Shown one piece after another: positions 10,456-19,598 of a stretch of 64,000 nucleotides of DNA. A model generated the notes under the pieces. It was given only the letters and a program-made list of their open reading frames with translations, was not told the origin of the DNA and did no database searches. Origin of the DNA: a virus; the IMG/VR virus record IMGVR_UViG_3300020186_000001, positions 44,330 through 108,329 of that record. One strand, 5' to 3'. Made by a program: the position numbers and the translations under genes. Numbering within the stretch: the first letter of the stretch is position 1; each line of letters begins with the position of its first letter.

Positions 10456-10879
10456 CGAGATACTACTCACCATAGCTAAAGACTACGGCCCGATATTTCT
10501 GTCGGTAGTTGGGACCATCCTTCTCGCAGTGCTCAGTGGTATCGGCTGGATGGTTGGCTACATCTGGAAGAACGAAAAGAAAAATATCAAAACAATCGCA
10601 GATGGTTTCAAAAGCTTAGCCGAGTCTTTCACCGTTCTTGAAAAACAGAACATCTCAGAACATGGTAAACTATGGGATATCATACAACAGCAGAGAGCAG
10701 AGCTTGGCATCCATATCAGAAGTAATGATCATTTGAAATCAACGATCATGAACCTGGAGGGAATTGTTAAATCGCAGCAAGAGACCTTGTTTAAACACGT
10801 TGAGAAGATTACGAGAGTTGATTCTAAGCTTGAGGCGATATTCAGACACCTCGATGCACCAAAAAGAGCTACAGATTAA
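10448..10879 (+). CDS. Holin/antiholin-like membrane protein (one TM plus coiled coil)
   Basis: N-terminal TM helix; lysis-type context. Confidence 0.5.
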   Translation: MSNEILLTIAKDYGPIFLSVVGTILLAVLSGIGWMVGYIWKNEKKNIKTIADGFKSLAESFTVLEKQNISEHGKLWDIIQQQRAELGIHIRSNDHLKSTIMNLEGIVKSQQETLFKHVEKITRVDSKLEAIFRHLDAPKRATD

Positions 10880-10924
10880 TTCAAAATGACCGATGAACAA
10901 CTAACTTTAATTTGGAGGTTTTTT

Positions 10925-11317
10925 ATGAAAGCTGCATTTTTCGCATTGGTATTTCTAAGTCTAGCCGATATCGCACTGGCTGCTGATGTCATTGCAACCG
11001 TTGCACCAGTTGAGGCTGCTCCAAGTATGTTCGCTGGCATTCTTGCTATGATTATGAATCCAGCAATGATGGCAAAGATCGTTGCAATGATGGTTGGCCT
11101 TCAATTGATCCTTCGCGGTATGGCTGAAGGCTTAACCAAGATCTCGGTTTATACCGACAACAACTGGGATAACAAGATTTCTGGGATGCTTTCTGAAGCT
11201 GCATGGCTTCTTGGATCAATCCTTGGCAAGTTCGGATACAGCGAACCATCAGAAGTCTCCAAATACAAAGTAGAACTGGCACAAGAAAAATCAGTCGCAC
11301 AAGCTCCTCAGAAATGA
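10925..11317 (+). CDS. Holin-like membrane protein
   Basis: GGAGG RBS; hydrophobic helices; YTDNNWDNKI resembles the TxxxxDD motif of phage holins. Confidence 0.5.
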   Translation: MKAAFFALVFLSLADIALAADVIATVAPVEAAPSMFAGILAMIMNPAMMAKIVAMMVGLQLILRGMAEGLTKISVYTDNNWDNKISGMLSEAAWLLGSILGKFGYSEPSEVSKYKVELAQEKSVAQAPQK

Positions 11318-11601
11318 GCGAACAACCGGTTCAAGAGGCTGTGAAAAAACCACTCTCAACTGCACAGTTGGGATTGAGTCTTCTTTCTTTCATGGAGAAG
11401 TTCGGTCTTGCAGTCCTAATTGGCTTGTTAGAGCTTGCGAGGATTAAGCAGAAAAAAGCTGAGAACTCGTATGCTCTTGAAAAAACAAAAGCCGAAGTGA
11501 GGGAGAAGCAAGATGCGGTTGATAAGAGAATGGCAGAGAAGAGTGATCGCGATGTTATTACTGATTTCCTACAGTCCGATGACAAAGGCTCAGGAAGCTA
11601 G
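11314..11601 (+). CDS. i-spanin-like protein (TM plus coiled coil)
   Basis: ATGA overlap; hydrophobic segment then charged helix. Confidence 0.45.
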   Translation: MSEQPVQEAVKKPLSTAQLGLSLLSFMEKFGLAVLIGLLELARIKQKKAENSYALEKTKAEVREKQDAVDKRMAEKSDRDVITDFLQSDDKGSGS

Positions 11602-11854
11602 CTCGGTATCGTTTGACAAGCCTCTTCTTTGTCTTGATTCAAGAGATCAAACAAAGATCTCAAAAGCAATTAAAGATCTTTTGAAATGTCAAATTGATCT
11701 TGATGCTAAAAATAAACTCATTGATGAAAGATTGATCACCTATCAAAACACGCCAACGACTACATGGTGGCAAGAGCCTTCTGTGATCGTTGGCGGAGTA
11801 ACTGTCTCATTTTGTTTGGGTGCGCTAGTTGCTTATTCGATGACTCGCAAGTAA
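11513..11854 (+). CDS. Spanin-like protein (signal peptide, coiled coil, C-terminal TM)
   Basis: Overlaps previous gene in Rz/Rz1 fashion. Confidence 0.4.
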   Translation: MRLIREWQRRVIAMLLLISYSPMTKAQEASSVSFDKPLLCLDSRDQTKISKAIKDLLKCQIDLDAKNKLIDERLITYQNTPTTTWWQEPSVIVGGVTVSFCLGALVAYSMTRK

Positions 11855-11883
11855 AATTGCTACATCATTCTTCTTTCAGATTG

Positions 11884-12168
11884 CTATCCTCCTTGGAGTG
11901 CTTCGATGCTATCGGAGCATTCTTTTTGAGACTCCTTTACAATCTCTGACATCTCTTTTAAAAACGACAAGTGAATACCAAGTGTGTCTACAACGTCTTT
12001 TACAGCTTTCGCAGTTAGTGGAGAGATAAGCAGATACTCGTCGATGACTTTGATAAGACTAGAATTCGCAGCTTCAATAAAAATGATCGCATCATTTAAA
12101 TGATCTTGATGCTCATCACCCTGCTCTTGCTTCTCAACCCAAATCTCTTTCATACGTCCCATAAGCAC
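11884..12168 (-). CDS. Hypothetical protein
   Basis: ORF with GAGG RBS. Confidence 0.55.
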   Translation of the reverse strand: MLMGRMKEIWVEKQEQGDEHQDHLNDAIIFIEAANSSLIKVIDEYLLISPLTAKAVKDVVDTLGIHLSFLKEMSEIVKESQKECSDSIEALQGG

Positions 12169-12185
12169 CTCAGTTGTTGCGAAAT

Positions 12186-12305
12186 TTAACGCTCCATATC
12201 GCTATCTTGGGCATCCGACACCTTGCCGGAATACCAGTCTTCAAATCCTTCTTCGCAGTCGCCAGACTCAACCAACTCTTCCCATTCCAAATATAATTCG
12301 TCCAT
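12186..12305 (-). CDS. 39-aa highly acidic microprotein
   Basis: AAGGAG RBS; MDELYLEWEELVESGDCEEGFEDWYSGKVSDAQDSDMER; not in ORF track. Confidence 0.55.
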   Translation of the reverse strand: MDELYLEWEELVESGDCEEGFEDWYSGKVSDAQDSDMER

Positions 12306-12319
12306 TTTAGTCTCCTTGT

Positions 12320-12532
12320 TTAAGAGCCGACTTTGTCTTCAAGTTCAAGATTGCAAGCGAGCTGCGAGTCGAGAAATTTGAAATTTTGAAGATCAGCGTC
12401 TGCGCTTTCGCGATCCCGGTACAAGCCCAAAACTTCGAACTTGCCGTTTAGCTCACTCCATAACTCGTATCGCATCGACTTGTCTTCGCTTCCGACGGCG
12501 ATCATCAAGCTGTATGTCCTGTAGGTCTTCAT
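12320..12532 (-). CDS. Hypothetical early protein
   Basis: AAGGAG RBS; directly below promoter copy 1. Confidence 0.65.
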   Translation of the reverse strand: MKTYRTYSLMIAVGSEDKSMRYELWSELNGKFEVLGLYRDRESADADLQNFKFLDSQLACNLELEDKVGS

Positions 12533-12585
12533 CGCGTTCTCCTTTGTGTGTGTTTGCTTGGTTGTTGTATCTTTTACATACTAAT

Positions 12586-12613
12586 ACATCGTACTTTTTC
12601 GTATTAAACTTTA
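12586..12613 (-). promoter_or_regulatory. sigma28-like promoter, copy 1
   Basis: TAAAGTTT-AATACGAAAAAG-TACGATGT. Confidence 0.7.
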
Positions 12614-12665
12614 ATAAATCTTGATACATCAATCACATCATAAGGTTACGGTCTGTTGAAATCGT

Positions 12666-12705
12666 AAAAAGAAAAAACCCCGTAAGATGTTGATCCTACG
12701 AGGTT
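12666..12705 (-). terminator. Rho-independent terminator
   Basis: AACCTCGTAGGAT-CAAC-ATCTTACGGGGTT followed by TTTTCTTTTT. Confidence 0.7.
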
Positions 12706-12748
12706 CATTCCGGTGGTTCTTAGTGGCTAAACGGAGAGCACCGGAAAT

Positions 12749-13045
12749 CTATGATTTAGTTAGCTTTTTCTTGGCCAACCTGAATCTTGGGTTCTTAAGG
12801 CTTTCTAGCTTCTTGAAATAGGCATCCTTATTCACGCCCATCCCAGCCTTAAAGCATCGTCCTTCAAAATCACATGTTCCGCAAGTATTGTTCTCAAACT
12901 CCCAGAACCCGAAACACGATCCATCGACTGCCTTCAAATGTAGAGAGGACCGGACAATTGCAGCATTCAGGTATTCAACAGTGGCTTCTGGCAGAACTGG
13001 TATTCCACGAGCTTCACAATATTCAATCAGTTGTTTCTTGTTCAT
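12749..13045 (-). CDS. Cys-rich hypothetical protein
   Basis: CFG...CxxC...C motif; start inferred from ATGA overlap. Confidence 0.55.
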   Translation of the reverse strand: MNKKQLIEYCEARGIPVLPEATVEYLNAAIVRSSLHLKAVDGSCFGFWEFENNTCGTCDFEGRCFKAGMGVNKDAYFKKLESLKNPRFRLAKKKLTKS

Positions 13046-13194
13046 GGCTTCGTTATTTTGCAACGCCTACAGTAATTAACTTTAACTACACTGCTATCGA
13101 CTCTCTTGAACTTGTGACCTAAGATCATGCAAAGGTACTCTGCCAACTCGTCGAACCAGTCTCTCCTTACTCGGCTTGATTTTAAAATACTCAT
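13042..13194 (-). CDS. 50-aa putative Zn-binding protein
   Basis: CMILGH...CRRC; tightly coupled at both ends; not in ORF track. Confidence 0.45.
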   Translation of the reverse strand: MSILKSSRVRRDWFDELAEYLCMILGHKFKRVDSSVVKVNYCRRCKITKP

Positions 13195-15018
13195 TCATCC
13201 CCCTACAATTTTGGCCAGCTTTCGCATAGCATCTTTTGGCAAATCCTTTACGTTTTTAAGAACTATGTAATCAGAATAGAAGTGCTTAACTGAGTCAGTT
13301 TCGATACCTATTCCGATACATTCAATGCCTGACTTTTCAATAAGCTTAACCTTGTTCTTAAGATCGGAGCATAAGATGCCGCGATTGCCGTCACCTGTTG
13401 ACGGTTCACCGTCACTTAGGACTAGGAGTATTTTACGCTTCTCTTTGCGATTGCCAACCCGCTTCGCTGCCCAAGACACACACTCGCCATCAGGGTTCTG
13501 GACTCCAACGAAGAGGCTTTCAATGCCGCTTAAGGATTGAGTATCAAATGACTTGAAGACGTGAAGCTCAAGCCGCTCTCTGGTGCGGTTGAATCGACTT
13601 ATATCGGCCTTGCGAGCCATGTTTATAACATTGCGGTCATCTTCCGAGTAGAACCCTGTCACTTCAAAGGGTATCTGAAGGTCTTTCAAAGCCTCTGCCA
13701 TCGCGACGCAGGCCATCTTGGCAGTTCTCATTCTGCCAACCATTGAGCCAGACATATCGACTAGAATCTCAACTGCAACATTGTTGGTCTCAGTCTTAGT
13801 GAACGATTTAAAGACTCTTCTGTTGTTAGGATTGACAAGCATTTTGTTGAGACTACGTGCGTCAATCCTGCCTCGCTCTTTGTCCGAGGTCCACTTTGCA
13901 TCTTCTTTGACTTTTAGAACACGCTCAAGTTGGGACTTGATCGGTGCAACAAGTGAAGCGACATCCTGCTTTAATCTTGCGTAGGCTTTTGCATCACCCT
14001 TGCCGCTATGATCTGTAACCTTGTCAAATCTAGTAGTGAGAGGGATGGATCGTGAGCCTTCAAATATCGGACTCATCACACCGCGAGCAGTTTCTTTGAC
14101 TTCTTGCTTAATTGCATCTTTGATCTCTTTATTGATGAGACTGTGAATGTCATGGACGTGCTCATCAAACTTAGAATCTTTTGCATCAGGCTTCTCATCA
14201 AGCATCCTTCTTATTGCGGAAGGGCGACCACTACTGTCAGATAGCTTCTTCCCTTTCTTTGGACTACTTTCGCCTTCACTGGGAGTCTCACTTGAGCCTT
14301 CTCCTTCTCCTTCTCCTTCTCCTTCTCCTTCTGGACTTTCACTTTCAGGATCACCTCCGGTAGAGTCACCTTTTTCGCCTTTTCCTGAATCCTCTGGTTT
14401 CGACTCTCCATCTTTGGAGCTTTCACTACTTTTTTCTTCACGTTCTTTTTCCTCTTCTTTCCCAATCAATCGAACAATTTCTTCAGTAGCAACTCGAAGC
14501 TCAACAGTTGAATTGCAAGCTCCAAGGACGCTGGCCTTCTCACGCACAGCTTCTATATACCTTTTAGTATCCTTGTCAATACGAGGTTCTAAGCCTTCCA
14601 TCATATCTGAGACGGCAAGTATGATCCTCACCAGCGGAGCGATCTCACTCCACTCATCGCTAATTCTTTTGCGAAGCTTCACATTGAGAGGATTTATATT
14701 GAAGGCAGTGCCAGGAAACTCATTAATAATCGCCTTCTCAATACGATTGTCTTCAGCCGCATTCAGCATGATCTTATGAAAGTTTGAAATCACATATTTA
14801 ATTTCATCCATTTTAGTGAACTTGCAATGAGCGACCTCGTGATCAAGATAGCCGTTCAGGTCTGCCCTTAGTTCTGGAGTGATATTAGTGAAGCTTGGGA
14901 GCACAATCTTTTTGCCGTCAGTGTAAGCCCCACTGCCTTCAAAGATCACATCAATATGGTATTGGCGAGCAATGATACGAGCAATTTTCTCAAGAGAGGA
15001 TTCAAATAAGTGACTCAT
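13195..15018 (-). CDS. CobT-like VWA-domain protein (MoxR partner) with N-terminal HExxH
   Basis: HEVAH...ED.RIE; acidic linker; MIDAS DMSGSM and LSDGEP. Confidence 0.85.
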   Translation of the reverse strand: MSHLFESSLEKIARIIARQYHIDVIFEGSGAYTDGKKIVLPSFTNITPELRADLNGYLDHEVAHCKFTKMDEIKYVISNFHKIMLNAAEDNRIEKAIINEFPGTAFNINPLNVKLRKRISDEWSEIAPLVRIILAVSDMMEGLEPRIDKDTKRYIEAVREKASVLGACNSTVELRVATEEIVRLIGKEEEKEREEKSSESSKDGESKPEDSGKGEKGDSTGGDPESESPEGEGEGEGEGEGSSETPSEGESSPKKGKKLSDSSGRPSAIRRMLDEKPDAKDSKFDEHVHDIHSLINKEIKDAIKQEVKETARGVMSPIFEGSRSIPLTTRFDKVTDHSGKGDAKAYARLKQDVASLVAPIKSQLERVLKVKEDAKWTSDKERGRIDARSLNKMLVNPNNRRVFKSFTKTETNNVAVEILVDMSGSMVGRMRTAKMACVAMAEALKDLQIPFEVTGFYSEDDRNVINMARKADISRFNRTRERLELHVFKSFDTQSLSGIESLFVGVQNPDGECVSWAAKRVGNRKEKRKILLVLSDGEPSTGDGNRGILCSDLKNKVKLIEKSGIECIGIGIETDSVKHFYSDYIVLKNVKDLPKDAMRKLAKIVGG

Positions 15019-15019
15019 G

Positions 15020-16090
15020 TTATTTGCCTCCCGCATTGCCAATCATGACACGTTGAATAATACCTTTGATCACTTCCGCATCCTCTGGACTAATCTTATT
15101 CAAAATTGAGGTTTGGGCTGCTTTCATAGGATCACGGTATCGCACCATGAGCTTTGCCCAATCAAGCATCCTGCGAAGTGAGAACGTGCATTGTATCTCT
15201 TCTTTGTTGAAAGACTCTCGAATCATGCCAGCGACTTTGACAATCACTGTTGCGATCTTGACAGTCAACTTTGGGACAGAAGCAACAAGGACTTTGGCCT
15301 CTTCATCGGCTGGCAGATAATTGACGTGATAGACGCTCCAACGATCAAGGAAAGCTTCATTCATTAGATTAGTGCCTTGATACAAAGACCTGAATTGAGA
15401 CATACACCCAACCGTATTGGCTGTTGCAAAAACTCTAAACTCAGGATGAGCGTGAACAACTTCGTGATCTCTTTCTTTTAACATCAAGGCACCGCTTGGC
15501 TCTAAGACGCTATTAAGAACTGAGAGGATCTCTTGCCCTGCAAAGTCAATCTCATCGAGAATCATCCAATAACCCTCACGCATGGCTTTCGGCAGCACCC
15601 CGTCAACCCATACCATCTCGCCACCACGAACGCTCCACATGCCTACGAAATCAGAGATTGTCATTTGACCGTTTAAATTGACTCGAATAAGATTGTTCTT
15701 AGTGCGAGCTGCGATCTGCTGAATGATGGAAGTTTTGCCACAGCCAGTGTGACCTGTTAGCATGATTCTTCTGTTCTCCAAGATGTCAGTGCAAATATCA
15801 CTGGCAAAATCAGAGAAGAAGAAAGCCTCATTTATGGCTGGGACAAAAACGCTGCCATTCGCAAGCGGCATCTCAACATCACCAATCTTAATTGAGTCTT
15901 CTGACACGGCATCACTCCCACTCCAAACAACCTGGGTTTCATCGACATCGAACTTAAGCATATACCATGCAAGGATTCCATCTGCGAACTTGGAACCCTC
16001 TGGATGGCCAGCGTGCTTCTTCTCGATGTGATCAACTAGATCATCCGATTTGAAATCACAAATTTTACAACTCAAATGCTTCTTACTCAT
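15020..16090 (-). CDS. MoxR/CobS-like AAA+ ATPase with N-terminal C2H2 Zn finger
   Basis: GHTGCGKT, LDEID, ATAN, AFLDRW; CKIC...H...H; GGGGAG RBS before ATG 16090. Confidence 0.88.
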   Translation of the reverse strand: MSKKHLSCKICDFKSDDLVDHIEKKHAGHPEGSKFADGILAWYMLKFDVDETQVVWSGSDAVSEDSIKIGDVEMPLANGSVFVPAINEAFFFSDFASDICTDILENRRIMLTGHTGCGKTSIIQQIAARTKNNLIRVNLNGQMTISDFVGMWSVRGGEMVWVDGVLPKAMREGYWMILDEIDFAGQEILSVLNSVLEPSGALMLKERDHEVVHAHPEFRVFATANTVGCMSQFRSLYQGTNLMNEAFLDRWSVYHVNYLPADEEAKVLVASVPKLTVKIATVIVKVAGMIRESFNKEEIQCTFSLRRMLDWAKLMVRYRDPMKAAQTSILNKISPEDAEVIKGIIQRVMIGNAGGK

Positions 16091-16137
16091 ACAATGTTCT
16101 CCCCGTTTAGCCTTGGTTTTAGAACTTACATTGTAAT

Positions 16138-16165
16138 ACATCGTCATATTTTGTATGAAACTTTA
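16138..16165 (-). promoter_or_regulatory. sigma28-like promoter, copy 2
   Basis: TAAAGTTT-CATACAAAATAT-GACGATGT. Confidence 0.7.
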
Positions 16166-16174
16166 GGGAATCTG

Positions 16175-16429
16175 TCAACTAGCTTTACTGACTAGCTTAT
16201 TTTGCTTAACAAATTCATCCATTCCGAACGCTAGTAGGATTAGGACTGCCTCGGTTTTACTGACTTTCCGCGATCCTGGACCTCTTTGAGCCTCCAAGAC
16301 CTTGATCGCTTGATCAATAAAGTGCTCTTGCTTCTCATTCAAACGAATGGTCAGCATTCTGATTTTCAATTCATCGTGCTCAATCACATTCTTGGCTTTC
16401 ATACTCTTGCTCCTCTTTACATATTTCAT
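16175..16429 (-). CDS. Ribbon-helix-helix-like DNA-binding protein
   Basis: MLTIRL strand, helix, SKTEAV helix (Arc/CopG pattern). Confidence 0.45.
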   Translation of the reverse strand: MKYVKRSKSMKAKNVIEHDELKIRMLTIRLNEKQEHFIDQAIKVLEAQRGPGSRKVSKTEAVLILLAFGMDEFVKQNKLVSKAS

Positions 16430-16443
16430 GAAACACTCCCTGT

Positions 16444-17289
16444 TTATATCAACCCTGATACGCTACACGCTTGCTGCATGGTGATATCGTGAAGATCCAA
16501 TATCTTCCTAATGTCTTCTTGATAACCACCTGCCAGTGCAAACGCACAACCCTTTTTATGTTTTTTGCAATACTCAAAAACAATGCGATCTCTTCTGCGA
16601 ATTTGGTCAACCGTGAAAACACCTCCTAATGGATCATTGATAAAACTATCCATACCTGCGTTGTATATGATGAGACTGCAACCCTTAAATTGCCTCTTAA
16701 GGAACTTCGGTAGTGCTTTAAGCCAAGCCTCAGCGTCATCTGAGCGAACATCTGAATAGCCAAGGCTCCAATGAGAGATATTCAAATCAAGTTTTTCTAT
16801 GATGTCTTTTGTCCCATTCCCTGCGTGAGCATCAACATCAAAAATGCCAACCTTGCGAGCTAACCCTTTTTCTAGGACTTCAACTGCTCCAAGGACCAGG
16901 CTTCCGAAAGTGCAAAAGCCTCCGCCATGGCTATATGTGGCGTGATGGCTGCCACTGGTAGGAGACGCACAGATTTCCTTAGTTTCAGCGGCATGAACGG
17001 CTGCTGCCACCATGGAGCCACAAACCCAAGGGAGAGCGTCAGCGACACTCTTGAGCCTATTGTGGAACCCATTATCTTGAGTACAGCTTAAAACGCCTTT
17101 AACGTAGCTGGGATCGTGTATCTTGCTTATCTGCTTGATAGAGGATGGTCTGAATGACCTGACCGCTACGGGCAGTCCTAGTGCCTTCCAGGACGCGACA
17201 ACCTTTGCAGGCTTACCTGCCGATGGGCTAAAGCTATCGTTGTCTAAAACTGTTTGTTTTTCGTTGTAAAACACCATAACCCTACTCAT
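16444..17289 (-). CDS. Zn-dependent histone-deacetylase-family (HDAC/AcuC) amidohydrolase
   Basis: GSHHA, GGGFC, DVDAHAGNGT, GMDSFINDPLG, AGGY all intact. Confidence 0.92.
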   Translation of the reverse strand: MSRVMVFYNEKQTVLDNDSFSPSAGKPAKVVASWKALGLPVAVRSFRPSSIKQISKIHDPSYVKGVLSCTQDNGFHNRLKSVADALPWVCGSMVAAAVHAAETKEICASPTSGSHHATYSHGGGFCTFGSLVLGAVEVLEKGLARKVGIFDVDAHAGNGTKDIIEKLDLNISHWSLGYSDVRSDDAEAWLKALPKFLKRQFKGCSLIIYNAGMDSFINDPLGGVFTVDQIRRRDRIVFEYCKKHKKGCAFALAGGYQEDIRKILDLHDITMQQACSVSGLI

Positions 17290-17319
17290 ACATCGCCTCC
17301 TTGTTGCTTACAATATCAT

Positions 17320-17347
17320 ACATCGTCATTTTCCGTCTTAAACTTGA
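17320..17347 (-). promoter_or_regulatory. sigma28-like promoter, copy 3
   Basis: TCAAGTTT-AAGACGGAAAAT-GACGATGT. Confidence 0.7.
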
Positions 17348-17379
17348 GTAAAACTCAATACACTAGTAATATCATCGCT

Positions 17380-18051
17380 TTAGTGAGTCTTCGTTGTTTT
17401 TGATTTAGAAGCTTCGGCTTTTGGGATACTCAAGCCTTCATCACTAATCTGCGAACACTCGTATTTAGTCAAAGAAGACTCAAAGGTTGAAAGGATGACT
17501 GGCTCAGACTTGCGGTCAACAATCTCAACTTCAGCACTGGCAGCAAAGTTGAAGCAGAACCTTTTGACTTCAGAATCTTTAGTCAATTTAATCGAGATAC
17601 GCTTCACGGCTTTCAATCGGTATTGGCCGTCAGAGGTGTCTGAGGGCAGGCGAAAGAAGAAGGTGTCATCTGAGCCTAGATAAGCCCTGCCAGCGGCACC
17701 ATGGCCGTCTGAGGCAGCAAGGAACACCGTCATGCCTTGAGTGAGGTCTTTGAACCCAAGCTTAGCGTCAAACTCTGCGTCATAGCCCTTGTACCCTGCG
17801 TCAGCGATCCTCTTAGCTAGACGGTCAACCTCGGCTGTGTAGTAGGCTTCAATGTCTCTGTAGTGCTCACCGTCAACACTCACATCAAAGGCACCTGAGA
17901 CGGAGCCTGTGACTGATATCAGGCCAAGCTTTTCTTTAGGGCATTCTGCCTTGGATGAGTCTTTGGCACAGTCAATTTGGCTTTTGTCGTTAGTCATCTG
18001 ACCGCAGGCTGTGTTTAAAATCACTGTTAGAATCGCTAGTTGTGTCTTCAT
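17380..18051 (-). CDS. Early lipoprotein
   Basis: MKTQLAILTVILNTA-C lipobox-like signal; AAGGAG RBS. Confidence 0.7.
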   Translation of the reverse strand: MKTQLAILTVILNTACGQMTNDKSQIDCAKDSSKAECPKEKLGLISVTGSVSGAFDVSVDGEHYRDIEAYYTAEVDRLAKRIADAGYKGYDAEFDAKLGFKDLTQGMTVFLAASDGHGAAGRAYLGSDDTFFFRLPSDTSDGQYRLKAVKRISIKLTKDSEVKRFCFNFAASAEVEIVDRKSEPVILSTFESSLTKYECSQISDEGLSIPKAEASKSKTTKTH

Positions 18052-18102
18052 TTGATACTCCTTTTTAAAGTTACATTAGAATCATCACGCTTATATTATA
18101 AT

Positions 18103-18129
18103 ACATCGTCATACAGCGTAAAAACTTTA
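18103..18129 (-). promoter_or_regulatory. sigma28-like promoter, copy 4
   Basis: TAAAGTTT-TTACGCTGTAT-GACGATGT. Confidence 0.7.
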
Positions 18130-18176
18130 ATGTTTCTTAGAATATCAATGAAATCATCAACTTGTAATCAGACCTT

Positions 18177-19163
18177 TCATTCATCACCTCTTTTAAAACG
18201 TGAGCTTTTAGTTTTAGCGGCTTTTAAATCCTCTTGAAGTTTGAGCGAGGTACAATCCTTGGCGTTCAAGTCATCACGAAGCCTATGGAATGTCGGGTGT
18301 CTCAGCCTTCCAACAGGATTGTCCTTAGAGCGTTTTGAGGCTTGTATCTCTTGAGTGAAGACATCGACGACCTTGCCCTTATAGGCATCGAAGTTTCGTC
18401 CCATATCAATTCGCAAGGTGTCGTCAAACCCAGATGCAAACCCAATCTCAATCAACTCTCCATTGTGATGCACTGAGAGAGCGAGCGATCCAATGCTATC
18501 TGCGTACTTGCCGTTGCCAGCTTTCCAACCTGAAATAATACAACTCACATCGTAGGACTTTTTCATTTTGCACCAGCCCATCCCGTAGCCTTGACGCAGG
18601 TCTTTCACGATAACGCCCTCGCCACCAGCGTTAACGATGCTTTGAAAATACTTGTGTATGTCGCCTGTGAATTGTTCGATTGGTTTTATATATTTGTTAT
18701 TCATTCTCTCAACAACAGCGACTAGGATTTTTCTACGCTTCTCAAGTGGAAGTCCTCGAAGATCCTTCCCGCGAAAGCGAACGATGTCGAAGACGTGATA
18801 GTTTAAAAATCCAAGCTCCTTTTGCTTTTGAACTGCAAGCATTGGCGAAGAATTCATGATTGAGTTTGTAGCGAGAAAATTCTCAGCCATGATCTCTCCG
18901 TCCAGTACCGTCCCTTGGAGATCTGCATACATCAGAGCGGTGATGTGAGGAACATTCGCAGTCCTATCAACGTGCTTAGTGTCAACAACTGAGACTCTTC
19001 TTGAGAGAAGAGCATTGTTCGCTTGCCTCTCATACGGATCACAGCCGATATAAAGAACGTAGCGAGAACCATCCATCTTAGGCTCTGCAACCAAATGAGG
19101 TTTTTCAAGGTCATTGGGCAAGATGCTAGTGCATCGTGATGGAATGATGAGTTCTACTTTCAT
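18177..19163 (-). CDS. lig: ATP-dependent DNA ligase
   Basis: EPKMDG, LDGEI, VFDI, EGVIVK, KMKK, RLRHP. Confidence 0.93.
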   Translation of the reverse strand: MKVELIIPSRCTSILPNDLEKPHLVAEPKMDGSRYVLYIGCDPYERQANNALLSRRVSVVDTKHVDRTANVPHITALMYADLQGTVLDGEIMAENFLATNSIMNSSPMLAVQKQKELGFLNYHVFDIVRFRGKDLRGLPLEKRRKILVAVVERMNNKYIKPIEQFTGDIHKYFQSIVNAGGEGVIVKDLRQGYGMGWCKMKKSYDVSCIISGWKAGNGKYADSIGSLALSVHHNGELIEIGFASGFDDTLRIDMGRNFDAYKGKVVDVFTQEIQASKRSKDNPVGRLRHPTFHRLRDDLNAKDCTSLKLQEDLKAAKTKSSRFKRGDE

Positions 19164-19486
19164 ATCTGCCTCAACTGTTGCATGAAGTTTAAAACTGGTT
19201 CGTCCTTCTTAATAGGGTCTTTCATAGGATCTTTCGGCCTCTGATACGGATGCTCTGAAGCAGAGCCTACCTTCACATAGCCTTTTGCAATCTTCTCGCG
19301 AATCTTTTTGTATACTGTGTCAGTACCCAAATACTCGGTCTCCTGCGGAGCAGCACCGATCCTTCCCCAAGAGGCGACATAGAGCGGCTGAGAGTGATCA
19401 ACCGCTCTTATCTCCCAATATTTATTAGAACGCTCATCGGTATATTCATACCTGCCCAGAAAATCTAATATCTCCCACTCATTCAT
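19160..19486 (-). CDS. WGR-domain protein (ends FMQQLRQI)
   Basis: SNKYWEI...SWGRIG...EKIAKGY. Confidence 0.88.
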   Translation of the reverse strand: MNEWEILDFLGRYEYTDERSNKYWEIRAVDHSQPLYVASWGRIGAAPQETEYLGTDTVYKKIREKIAKGYVKVGSASEHPYQRPKDPMKDPIKKDEPVLNFMQQLRQI

Positions 19487-19598
19487 CGCAATCCCCTTTG
19501 TAAAGTGATTGAGTCAAATCTGCATACCAGTGCTCGAAGGTGAGATTGCACTCACCTGAAGCGACAAGATCAATCCACAAATCGTGAATGGTTCCCAT

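Noticed and set aside
14297-14332. (CCTTCT)x6 microsatellite in the VWA gene
   Set aside because: In-frame hexamer encoding a Glu-Gly linker; cannot switch phase
14147-14779. Long antisense ORFs (also 40143..40706, 45483..45857, 53812..54249)
   Set aside because: Shadows of real genes on the opposite strand, with no independent support
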